Of a DNA stretch of 64,000 nucleotides, positions 9,823-17,979 are shown piece by piece (the first letter of the stretch is position 1; each line of letters opens with the position of its first letter). A program made the translations under genes and the position numbers. The stretch spans positions 1,456 to 65,455 of the forward strand of contig CAYHZA010000001.1 in the NCBI GenBank assembly GCA_964361095.1, written 5' to 3'. Below the pieces are notes generated by a model. The model did no database searches and was not told the origin of the DNA. It saw only the letters and a program-made list of their open reading frames with translations. The stretch comes from an uncultured Candidatus Saccharibacteria bacterium (GTDB lineage Bacteria > Patescibacteriota > Minisyncoccia > UBA6257 > 2-01-FULL-56-20).

Positions 9823-10120
9823 ACTGAGATTTGTAACCCCGCTATGCGCGGACAAATCGGGAGCCTACCCGCGGAGCTCGGAAATCAGATGCCCCTTGTT
9901 GGGGCATTTCAGATTTCGCTTCTTGGATTTGTGTATCAGATTTGGCAAAATAATTTCAAAAACTTGCCCCGTTGGAAGCCGTAGGCTTTCTTTCGGGGTT
10001 TGCGAAGGTTTTAATTCGGGAGCAATTGATTTCTGATTATTTTATAATGGGTTTTTGTGCCACTCCGATCGGGCTCAATCTTTTTATTGCTTAGTTTTCA
10101 TGTTTTACTTACTAAATAGG

Positions 10121-11908
10121 ATGAATACGTCTATTGAGAAACAAGAAATAAAAACTGGTCTCGTAGCTATCTGGAGATTTGTGCGACCATTTAAAAAAGA
10201 GCTTATTATACTTATTATTTCTGGTTTAGTATCGGCAGTTGCCAATGGCTCCGTGCCTTATATAACGGGGCGATTCTTTGATGCCCTCATTAATGTATCA
10301 GAACATCGAATTGTTTCTGATGTCGGTCCTCTTCCTTTGTGGGCTTTCTTACTTTCCTTGTGGGCAATCATCCAACTTATCGCTAATAACATTGATTGGA
10401 TAAGTGATCGCTTAGCGCGTCAAGTAGATGCTAAGGTTCATTTTAATATTCAAACCCAAGGTTTTCTTCATCTCTTTCGTCTTCCACTTTCTTATCATAA
10501 GAGCAAACACATCAATGGAGAGTTGCAAAAAATAAGCGCGGCCGGTTGGAGGGTATCGAGCATTATACGGAACGTAATTGATATCGCACCACAGTTTCTC
10601 AGTATATTAATTGGTATTATCTTGTCTGCCAGTATTAATCTAATGCTGGCAGGCGTTCTTCTTATCGGAGTCCTTCTCTATGTGCTTCTTCTTATGAGAA
10701 TTCTTATGCCGGTCGCCAAAATAGATTTGGCTGCCCACCGTTTCTGGAACGAGAGTTGGGATGATTCAGCAGCAGCGGTGATGCAGATCGAAAGTGTTAA
10801 GCAAGCCACGGCAGAAGAGCATGAATCACAAAAAGTAAAGTCTGCGCTACTCGGTAAAACATACGACCTATGGCATAAGCTTGGAACTATTTGGAGTAAT
10901 ATTAGTTTTTTCCAGCGAATAATCGTCTTCGGGACGCAACTTGTGGTTTTTATTATGTCTGTTCAATTGGTGTCGAATGGAATAATCACTATCGGAGAAC
11001 TTCTGGCTTTGAATGGTTATGCTGCAATGTTCTTCGGACCATTCGTGTCGCTTGGTTTTAGCTGGCAGACAATTCAAAATGGAATCACTTCAGCCGTTCA
11101 CGTCAATGAAATATTCTCTGAGAAAACAGAAAAGTATATTCCCGAAAATGCCGTCGAGTTAAAGACATTAATCGGAAAAGTCATATTTGAAAACGTGACT
11201 TTTAGTTATGAATTGAATCAGCCGATAGTACTCAAGGATGTTAGCTTTGAAGTTCAGCCAGGTCAGGTTGTTGCTCTCGTTGGTGAGTCGGGGGTTGGTA
11301 AAAGCACGGCCATCTCGCTTATCTCTGGGTATAATTTTCCTACACAAGGCAAGGTGTTAATTGATGATATAGATACGAGGAAACTGAATCTAACCAGTCT
11401 AAGAAAACACATTGCCGTTGTTCCTCAGGAAGTGGCTCTTTTTAACGATACTATTAAGGCTAATATACGATATGGATCATTTGAGGCTAACGATGAGGAA
11501 GTTTTTCGTGTAGCTCGAGAAGCCCATATGGATGAATTTATACAAGCCCTTCCGGACAAATATGAATCTCTAGTGGGTGAACGAGGTATCAAGCTGTCAG
11601 TTGGTCAAAAACAACGAGTAGCCATTGCCCGAGCAATGTTGCGGAATCCGGCCATTCTTATTTTAGACGAACCAACAAGCGCTTTGGACGCAAAAACAGA
11701 GAAAATCGTCACGGAGGCTCTTGAAAAACTAATGACGGGAAGAACTACCTTTATCATTGCCCACCGACTCTCAACAGTTCGTAAGGCGAACGTTATTCTT
11801 GTATTTGAAAAAGGGAAAATCGTTGAGAGGGGAACTCATCAAGAACTTATAGAACGCGAGAAGGGTACGTATCTACACCTTTACGAATACCAGATTGGGC
11901 TACATTAA
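10121..11908 (+). CDS. ABC transporter, fused permease/ATP-binding (MsbA/Sav1866-like exporter)
   Basis: TM domain, then GESGVGKS, LSVGQKQR, ILDEPTSALD, IAHRLST. Confidence 0.93.
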   Translation: MNTSIEKQEIKTGLVAIWRFVRPFKKELIILIISGLVSAVANGSVPYITGRFFDALINVSEHRIVSDVGPLPLWAFLLSLWAIIQLIANNIDWISDRLARQVDAKVHFNIQTQGFLHLFRLPLSYHKSKHINGELQKISAAGWRVSSIIRNVIDIAPQFLSILIGIILSASINLMLAGVLLIGVLLYVLLLMRILMPVAKIDLAAHRFWNESWDDSAAAVMQIESVKQATAEEHESQKVKSALLGKTYDLWHKLGTIWSNISFFQRIIVFGTQLVVFIMSVQLVSNGIITIGELLALNGYAAMFFGPFVSLGFSWQTIQNGITSAVHVNEIFSEKTEKYIPENAVELKTLIGKVIFENVTFSYELNQPIVLKDVSFEVQPGQVVALVGESGVGKSTAISLISGYNFPTQGKVLIDDIDTRKLNLTSLRKHIAVVPQEVALFNDTIKANIRYGSFEANDEEVFRVAREAHMDEFIQALPDKYESLVGERGIKLSVGQKQRVAIARAMLRNPAILILDEPTSALDAKTEKIVTEALEKLMTGRTTFIIAHRLSTVRKANVILVFEKGKIVERGTHQELIEREKGTYLHLYEYQIGLH

Positions 11909-12050
11909 ATACTTGATGATTTTTAACTCTTCCCATATTCTCACCCACTCCATTGCTATAGACTTATCCAACAGGATGAGCAATCGTATTGACAAATAGT
12001 ACACGCGGAGCTATTTTGTTTTTAGAACAAACATAAAGGGAGGTAACGCC

Positions 12051-12272
12051 ATGCAGTTTTGTTCGAAGTGCGGCGCGAGTAACTGGGAATATCTCAAAAG
12101 CGGAGGTTGCGGAGGAAACGGTCAGATCAAGGGCTGTAAGAAATGCGGTGCGGTTTTTGTGCAGAAGAGCGGTGGCATCGTCGCGACTCCCGGAGGCGAG
12201 ACATGGAGTCCTCTCGGCTACACCTTGGACGAGTATCGCAAGAGAGTTCCCGAGAAGCCCGCTCGGAAATAA
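12051..12272 (+). CDS. Small zinc-ribbon protein
   Basis: CSKC...CKKC; strong RBS GGGAGG; followed by a hairpin and T-run. Confidence 0.7.
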   Translation: MQFCSKCGASNWEYLKSGGCGGNGQIKGCKKCGAVFVQKSGGIVATPGGETWSPLGYTLDEYRKRVPEKPARK

Positions 12273-12291
12273 CGCTCATCGTTTAATATTG

Positions 12292-12322
12292 AGACCGTAT
12301 GGTTCGCCCAGCGGTCTTTTTT
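12292..12322 (+). terminator. Intrinsic terminator
   Basis: AGACCG..CGGTCT stem plus T-run; 16-bp core shared with 46599-46614. Confidence 0.6.
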
Positions 12323-12439
12323 ATTAACCGCGCCAGCAAATCCAGAAGATGGACACTTTGACCTATCTATCGTATAGTTTTTCAAGTATAATCAGAAAAA
12401 TCATATACCTATCCACAAACTCTGCGGAGGATTATCGAC

Positions 12440-12787
12440 ATGCTTGTGCTTCTGGAAGCTCTGCTCTACAAGTTCGGTTTCAAGAAATTCTCGGTTGAAA
12501 AGCTCTATGCGAACTTCTTGAGCGGAGAATTGTCAGAGGATCAACTGCACCTGTTTTTGAAGATCCATCAGGTAAAAGACTTTACCGCGCTTCACGAGCG
12601 AGTGAAGAAAAATCTGGAAGAGGGAAAACACGATCCATGCCTGCTCACTTTGTTTCCCACGCTCTTGAAAGATCCTCGGCGCATGCATGTCGCTCTCTGC
12701 CAAGTTGATTGTGTAATCGAGCGAGACTTGGAGAAAGGCATCCTGCGGCGGAAAGGAAAGGGCAACGTCGTGAGGAGAACGGACTAA
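12440..12787 (+). CDS. Hypothetical protein
   Basis: ORF with RBS GGAGG; convergent hairpin at about 12814-12848. Confidence 0.6.
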   Translation: MLVLLEALLYKFGFKKFSVEKLYANFLSGELSEDQLHLFLKIHQVKDFTALHERVKKNLEEGKHDPCLLTLFPTLLKDPRRMHVALCQVDCVIERDLEKGILRRKGKGNVVRRTD

Positions 12788-12879
12788 ATGTCATAACACG
12801 ATCCGGTTGGTCCAAAGCCCGAAATTCTGCAGAGAATATTCGGGCTTTTGTTTTTATCGGGTGCCGGAATAATTTACTT

Positions 12880-13473
12880 TTACGCAATGAAACATTTTCT
12901 ATAAACGGAAAGAATCAATAGCATATTTACAGCAAGAAGATAGACTTGAAAACTCGCATTCTCGATATTCCAAATGGGAATTGAGGGTAAAACCAAAAGG
13001 ACGCTGACTAAACTCGCAACATAGGTCAGGCCAGTTTCTGTTTCCGGATTTGTCCAAGTCTTCTTGATAGTAGGCAGTGCCGCAAATCCGTCACCTGTAG
13101 CAGCAAGCACGATTGCGAGACGAGGAGAATCGGCAAGAATCCAAACAATAAGGGCTATGAGGGAAAGTGCTCCGCATATAAAATCAAAGATGCCAAGTTT
13201 CCAATAACTCTGCTTATTAAAAAAGGAGAAAAGCACCACAAGAAGAGGAATAAATCCGGCAAGAAATATTCGAACAGTTGCCCAGGGATCGGCATGAGCA
13301 TAAATAGCAGCTCCGGTTCCAATCAAGGGAGCAATAGCCCACATTGCCCAGGAAAGACGATTCGGCTTCGTTTTTCCTCTCAGAGTATCTCGAATATAGA
13401 CTGATGCCCCGGCAAGGGAAATAAAAGCACTTGCTATAACAAGCCAATGAACAAAGCTAATTGAAAATAACAT
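12880..13473 (-). CDS. Multi-pass membrane protein (PQ-loop-like)
   Basis: YIRDTLRGKTKPNRLSW and LPTIKKTWTNPETE repeats; hydrophobic. Confidence 0.75.
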   Translation of the reverse strand: MLFSISFVHWLVIASAFISLAGASVYIRDTLRGKTKPNRLSWAMWAIAPLIGTGAAIYAHADPWATVRIFLAGFIPLLVVLFSFFNKQSYWKLGIFDFICGALSLIALIVWILADSPRLAIVLAATGDGFAALPTIKKTWTNPETETGLTYVASLVSVLLVLPSIPIWNIENASFQVYLLAVNMLLILSVYRKCFIA

Positions 13474-13619
13474 ATTGCCACAATTATACTCCTAAAAGCT
13501 TTCAAGTTTCATCCTGGACGTTGAGCAAAATTAATTTACCCCGATGCGCGACTTTGGGCAGGCGTACCCCATATCCAAAAGTCGCTATTTAAGCACAATC
13601 GTGCTAAGGTGTATAGACA

Positions 13620-14021
13620 ATGAAGCCGGTTAATAAGGTAAAAATCGACTTAGATAAAAAGTTCCAAAAGGTGATAGAAACACCGGCGGGTTTTGATTTC
13701 TTTGTGGCAATTCATGATTTCGTTGAACACATTGAGTCGAACGCATCGCTTTCCGCCAGTCTTTCGTCCCGCGTGAAATTGAACCAAGAATTGAATATTC
13801 CCAATAAATACGCTTATTTGAAACAGATCTATCAAGGGCTCGAAGATGCCGAAACGAAATCAAATGCCGATTTGGGTCATGCGAGATACGCGGTGCTCAT
13901 AGAACTGAATCGGATCCGTGGCAAAGAGGTTTCGGAAAGCAATTCGTTTTGGAAAAAACGGGAACTGTTCAGGAGATTGACGAGCGAAATCTACCAGAGA
14001 TTGAATCCCACTACGGTATAA
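13620..14021 (+). CDS. Hypothetical protein
   Basis: 133-aa ORF with plausible composition. Confidence 0.65.
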   Translation: MKPVNKVKIDLDKKFQKVIETPAGFDFFVAIHDFVEHIESNASLSASLSSRVKLNQELNIPNKYAYLKQIYQGLEDAETKSNADLGHARYAVLIELNRIRGKEVSESNSFWKKRELFRRLTSEIYQRLNPTTV

Positions 14022-14023
14022 AT

Positions 14024-14090
14024 CCCGTTAGAAATCCGCCCTGTCTTGCTACGGGCGGCAGTTGCCTTTGGGAGGCTTGTTTCTAACGGG
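14024..14090. repeat. CCCGTTAGAAA..TTTCTAACGGG palindromic element
   Basis: Same termini family as the palindromes at 8552 and 8688. Confidence 0.75.
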
Positions 14091-14097
14091 ATAAATA

Positions 14098-14129
14098 AAA
14101 AATACCCCCGATTATCGGGGGTATTTTTT
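14098..14129. terminator. Bidirectional intrinsic terminator
   Basis: AAAAATACCCCCG-atta-TCGGGGGTATTTTT between convergent genes. Confidence 0.8.
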
Positions 14130-14142
14130 AAGTGTCAGCGAT

Positions 14143-14340
14143 TTATTCGCGTGACACGTTCGTGGCGCTCGGGCCCTTCTCTCCATCAACGACTTCAAAA
14201 GTGACGATATCGCCAACTTTAAGTTCGTCGAATGTTACACCTTGTAACTCCTTGGAGTGAAAGAAAAGGTCCTTCGTTTCGCCTTCACGGGTAATGAATC
14301 CAAATCCTCTATCCGTGAGTGTTTTTATGGTTCCTTTCAT
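14143..14340 (-). CDS. cspA: Cold-shock protein
   Basis: RGFGFI (RNP1), DLFFH (RNP2), KGPSATNV. Confidence 0.93.
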   Translation of the reverse strand: MKGTIKTLTDRGFGFITREGETKDLFFHSKELQGVTFDELKVGDIVTFEVVDGEKGPSATNVSRE

Positions 14341-14503
14341 GCAATTTTGTTTTTTACCTAGAAATTCGACTACGTCTCTTGGTTTGGTTACCCTTTAATC
14401 ATACCAAAGATATACAATTTGTCAATCTTCGAGAAGTTTGGGCTAGTAAAAAACGACGCCCGGCTAAGTTTGACCGGGCGTCACGTTGGTGTTTCAGGCG
14501 AGC

Positions 14504-15601
14504 TCATAGGGTTATCCCCACGAGCTCGTCTGTCAGTTCATCCACAGAGAGAATGCGGTCAATACGCGCCGCATTTGTTCCTACCGTAAAGATAGGAAGA
14601 TCGGGAGTGTTATTGCAATCCACGGCACTGAGGAGCGCGTTGCAGATGCAGAATGCCTCATAACCTTCGAGAGCAAGACAAGTCATGCGGCCATCTTTCC
14701 CTTTGTGGAGCAGATATTGCTTATCGCAGACAAGTGGTCGTCCGTGCGAAAGCGCTTGTCGGTATCCCGGTGATGAATTGATCACGCGGAACGGCATGCC
14801 CGAAGGCGAGCCCGGATTCACCGCAACCTCGATGTCCTCCGCGCGCGCGGCAACGATGGCGCGTTTAAATTCTTCCGATGCGCCACTTTCGTGCGTTGCG
14901 GCAAAACGGGTTCCGATCTGTACACCATCGGCTCCGGTTTTGATCCAGTGCACGATGTCTTCGTGCGTATAGATACCACCCGCCACGATGACCGGGAAGT
15001 TGCCGTTTTTCTGTGCGGATTCTTTTACGGGTCCGAAGATCTCCTCCAGTTGAAATTCCGGCTTGGGAATATCTTCCGCCTTGAAGCCAAGGTGTCCGCC
15101 CGCAAGCGGTCCTTCGAGAACCACTGCGTCCGGCATTCGTCCGTAACGATTCCAGCGTCGACAGATAAGCTCCAATGCGCGTCCGGAAGAAACAATGGGA
15201 ATAAGCGCCACCTGCGCGTTTCCCACGGTTTCCGGAAGAGTCATCGGCAGACCTGCGCCGGCAAGAATGATATCTACTCCGCCTTCAAGTGCGCCCTCGA
15301 TAGAAGGAACATACGTTTTTTCAACGAGGACCATGCAATTGATCGCAATCGCGCCCTTATTTTCCGAAAGTCGCCTTGCTTCTTCGATTTCGAGCTTGGC
15401 GGCTTCCCGATGGCCCACCTTGAGACCAATTCTTCGCTCAACCATTTTGTCTAAGGCAACGAAGGATACTGTTCCGACGCCGCCTCTACGTGCAACTGCT
15501 CCGGCAAGACGCGCGAGCGATACGCCCGCGCCCATGCCTCCCTGGATAAAGATTACTTTGCGATCCAGGCCGCGGACGGCAATAGTCGGCAACGGCACCA
15601 T
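14504..15601 (-). CDS. Nitronate monooxygenase / FabK-like flavin oxidoreductase
   Basis: IQGGMGAGVS, EGPLAGGHLG, AGGI, GVQIGTRF. Confidence 0.88.
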   Translation of the reverse strand: MVPLPTIAVRGLDRKVIFIQGGMGAGVSLARLAGAVARRGGVGTVSFVALDKMVERRIGLKVGHREAAKLEIEEARRLSENKGAIAINCMVLVEKTYVPSIEGALEGGVDIILAGAGLPMTLPETVGNAQVALIPIVSSGRALELICRRWNRYGRMPDAVVLEGPLAGGHLGFKAEDIPKPEFQLEEIFGPVKESAQKNGNFPVIVAGGIYTHEDIVHWIKTGADGVQIGTRFAATHESGASEEFKRAIVAARAEDIEVAVNPGSPSGMPFRVINSSPGYRQALSHGRPLVCDKQYLLHKGKDGRMTCLALEGYEAFCICNALLSAVDCNNTPDLPIFTVGTNAARIDRILSVDELTDELVGITL

Positions 15602-15764
15602 GGGTCTTAACCCCCCTCTCTTTTGAAGATGTAAATTAGGTTGCTGGTTTAAGCCTAACACTAGTCAAAAATATTGCGCAACGTGTATCTTCTATAGGGG
15701 TCTGTTTGGTGGCGTATGTTACTTTATTTCAAGGTTCGAAAATCCTGTGGTAGAATAGGTTTGT

Positions 15765-16112
15765 ATGAAACTTGAAGAACGGACGAATATCTCAGATTTT
15801 TTGTGGTTTTCGGGAAAATTCGTGCGTTTTCTCGCCTACGCTTCTCTGGTTTTTTTGTTTTCCGAAGGGCTTTTTCGTCACTGGAAGATCGCCGCGCACT
15901 CTTCTTTGCCCGAGCAGTTCGTTGTTGCCATTGCTTATGCGCTTTTTGATATTGCTGTAATTTCCGTGCTCTTGCTTAGTTTTTTCTTGGCAATCCAGAC
16001 GTATGTGACGTACAGGCGCTGGGTAGTCGTGGGTATTTTACTTCTCATCGTCGCCTTCGCCGCTCCGGAGGCGATGCGGAGCGCATTTGACTACTTCCGA
16101 GCGATTATTTGA
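15765..16112 (+). CDS. Small membrane protein
   Basis: Three hydrophobic segments. Confidence 0.6.
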   Translation: MKLEERTNISDFLWFSGKFVRFLAYASLVFLFSEGLFRHWKIAAHSSLPEQFVVAIAYALFDIAVISVLLLSFFLAIQTYVTYRRWVVVGILLLIVAFAAPEAMRSAFDYFRAII

Positions 16113-16148
16113 GGTAACGCAGTAATCGTATTTAGATAAAAAATTCTT

Positions 16149-17144
16149 ATGCTTATCGATAATGTTGTTATTAAAGTAGTAGCCGGAAAAGGCGGCGATG
16201 GAGCCGTTGCGTTCAGCCACGTAAAGATGACGCTTGGACCCACGGGTGCGCACGGGGGCAGGGGTGGTGATGTGTATTTTGAAGCAGTATCGGATCTTGG
16301 GGCACTCCGCCGTTTTCGCGCGAGAAAAGTATTTGTCGCGGAGAATGGCCAGCATGGTCGTTCCTCTTTTCGTGACGGACATGAAGGCAAGGATCTAATC
16401 CTTACGGTTCCGCGCGGGACGGTGGTTCATAATACGACCGCGGGTACGGAACACGAACTCACGAAACTTGGCGAACGACTTCTCGTGGCGCGCGGCGGCA
16501 GGGGCGGCAAGGGAAATTTCCATTATAAATCTTCGCGCAATACGTCCCCCAAGCAGTTCCAGCACGGATTGCCGGGAGAAGAATGGGGATTGCAGTTGGA
16601 ATTGAAATTAATCGCGGATATAGGTCTTGTGGGATTTCCGAATATCGGGAAATCAAGTTTTTTAAACACCGTAACAAATGCGGAGAGCCGCGTGGCGAAT
16701 TATCCCTTCACGACGCTTGAACCAAACCTTGGTGTCTATCAGGCATTGGTGCTTGCCGATATACCCGGGCTTATCGAAGGCGCTTCTTCCGGAAAAGGGT
16801 TGGGAATAAAATTTTTGCGTCATATTGAACGAACACGAATCCTTTTTCATTTCATTGATGCCGCGACAAAAGATCCACTCGCGGATTATAAAACGCTTCG
16901 CAACGAACTTAAGCTCTATAATCCGCTCCTTCTCAAAAAACCCGAATATATCATACTCTCGAGATCCGACATGATATCTGCCGATCAGATTAAAAAAACC
17001 ATAAAAATTCTTTCGTCGCAAAAGAAGGAAATCTTCGTGCTTTCTCTCTATGATGACACGCTTATAGCGACAGTAACCAAGCTTCTTTCGCGTATCATGA
17101 AAGACATCGAAGTGGTTCCCGATTCCATCGAGCACTCCAAGTAG
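16149..17144 (+). CDS. obgE: GTPase ObgE/CgtA
   Basis: Gly-rich Obg fold, GFPNIGKS, YPFTTL, DIPGLIEGA. Confidence 0.96.
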   Translation: MLIDNVVIKVVAGKGGDGAVAFSHVKMTLGPTGAHGGRGGDVYFEAVSDLGALRRFRARKVFVAENGQHGRSSFRDGHEGKDLILTVPRGTVVHNTTAGTEHELTKLGERLLVARGGRGGKGNFHYKSSRNTSPKQFQHGLPGEEWGLQLELKLIADIGLVGFPNIGKSSFLNTVTNAESRVANYPFTTLEPNLGVYQALVLADIPGLIEGASSGKGLGIKFLRHIERTRILFHFIDAATKDPLADYKTLRNELKLYNPLLLKKPEYIILSRSDMISADQIKKTIKILSSQKKEIFVLSLYDDTLIATVTKLLSRIMKDIEVVPDSIEHSK

Positions 17145-17148
17145 TTCT

Positions 17149-17904
17149 CTAAAGGGTTTTTTCTTTTTGGGTATCGTCGTATTTCATGATCCTGTCTTTA
17201 CCAGCGTGTTTTGCGTTATAGAGCGCGCTGTCGGATCGTTCCATACACGTCTCGAGCGTGTCACCTGTTTCCCAGTCGGAAACGCCTCCGCTTAGGGTAA
17301 TCGTGAATTCATGGCCCGCGATGCCGCTTTTGAAACTTACTTCGGCTCTGCCGTCCTTTTCGTTGAAATACTTGTCAATAACTTTTTGGGCATCGGTACC
17401 GTTGAAGACGATCGCGAATTCTTCGCCTCCGACGCGGGCGAGGATATCGGATTTTCGAAGCTCTCCTCCGATTTCTTTTACGAATTGCCGAAGGACCGAG
17501 TCGCCGACATTGTGGCCGTAGATGTCGTTGATTTGTTTAAAGTTGTCTATATCAAGTACTAGGAGTGAGATTTTCTTTTTGCGGCGTCTTTCTCCTTCTC
17601 GCTTTTCGTCTTCACCCGTGAACGCATCGGGCGTAATTTTTTCGAGAAGTTCCTTAAGCCCGCGTACGTTATAGGCTCCGGTCTTCGGATCTTTTGTCGC
17701 GAGTTCTTTCGCTTCCTTAACCTCTCGCTTCAGATCTTCAACCTCAAGATTCAATCCGCGATTTTCTTTAAGAAGCGTTTCGTTCTGCCGTTCCAGTTCG
17801 TCGATCGCGAATTCAAGGCGTTCGATCTCGCCGTCTTCCTTGGGGTCGGCTTTTTCTTCCGTATTTTCTTCTGATTCGAGAATAGGAAATTTTTCTTTGG
17901 GCAT
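17149..17904 (-). CDS. Diguanylate cyclase (coiled coil + GGDEF)
   Basis: DIDNFKQIND.YGHNVGD, RVGGEEF, ALYNAK. Confidence 0.92.
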   Translation of the reverse strand: MPKEKFPILESEENTEEKADPKEDGEIERLEFAIDELERQNETLLKENRGLNLEVEDLKREVKEAKELATKDPKTGAYNVRGLKELLEKITPDAFTGEDEKREGERRRKKKISLLVLDIDNFKQINDIYGHNVGDSVLRQFVKEIGGELRKSDILARVGGEEFAIVFNGTDAQKVIDKYFNEKDGRAEVSFKSGIAGHEFTITLSGGVSDWETGDTLETCMERSDSALYNAKHAGKDRIMKYDDTQKEKTL

Positions 17905-17929
17905 CTTCTCTTATTTTACAACATTTGAA

Positions 17930-17965
17930 TTAAAACACCCCCGCTCACAAGCGGGGGTGTTTTAA
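17930..17965. terminator. Intrinsic terminator after nrdJ
   Basis: TTAAAACACCCCCGC-tcacaa-GCGGGGGTGTTTTAA. Confidence 0.75.
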
Positions 17966-17979
17966 TGGTTACGGTACGA

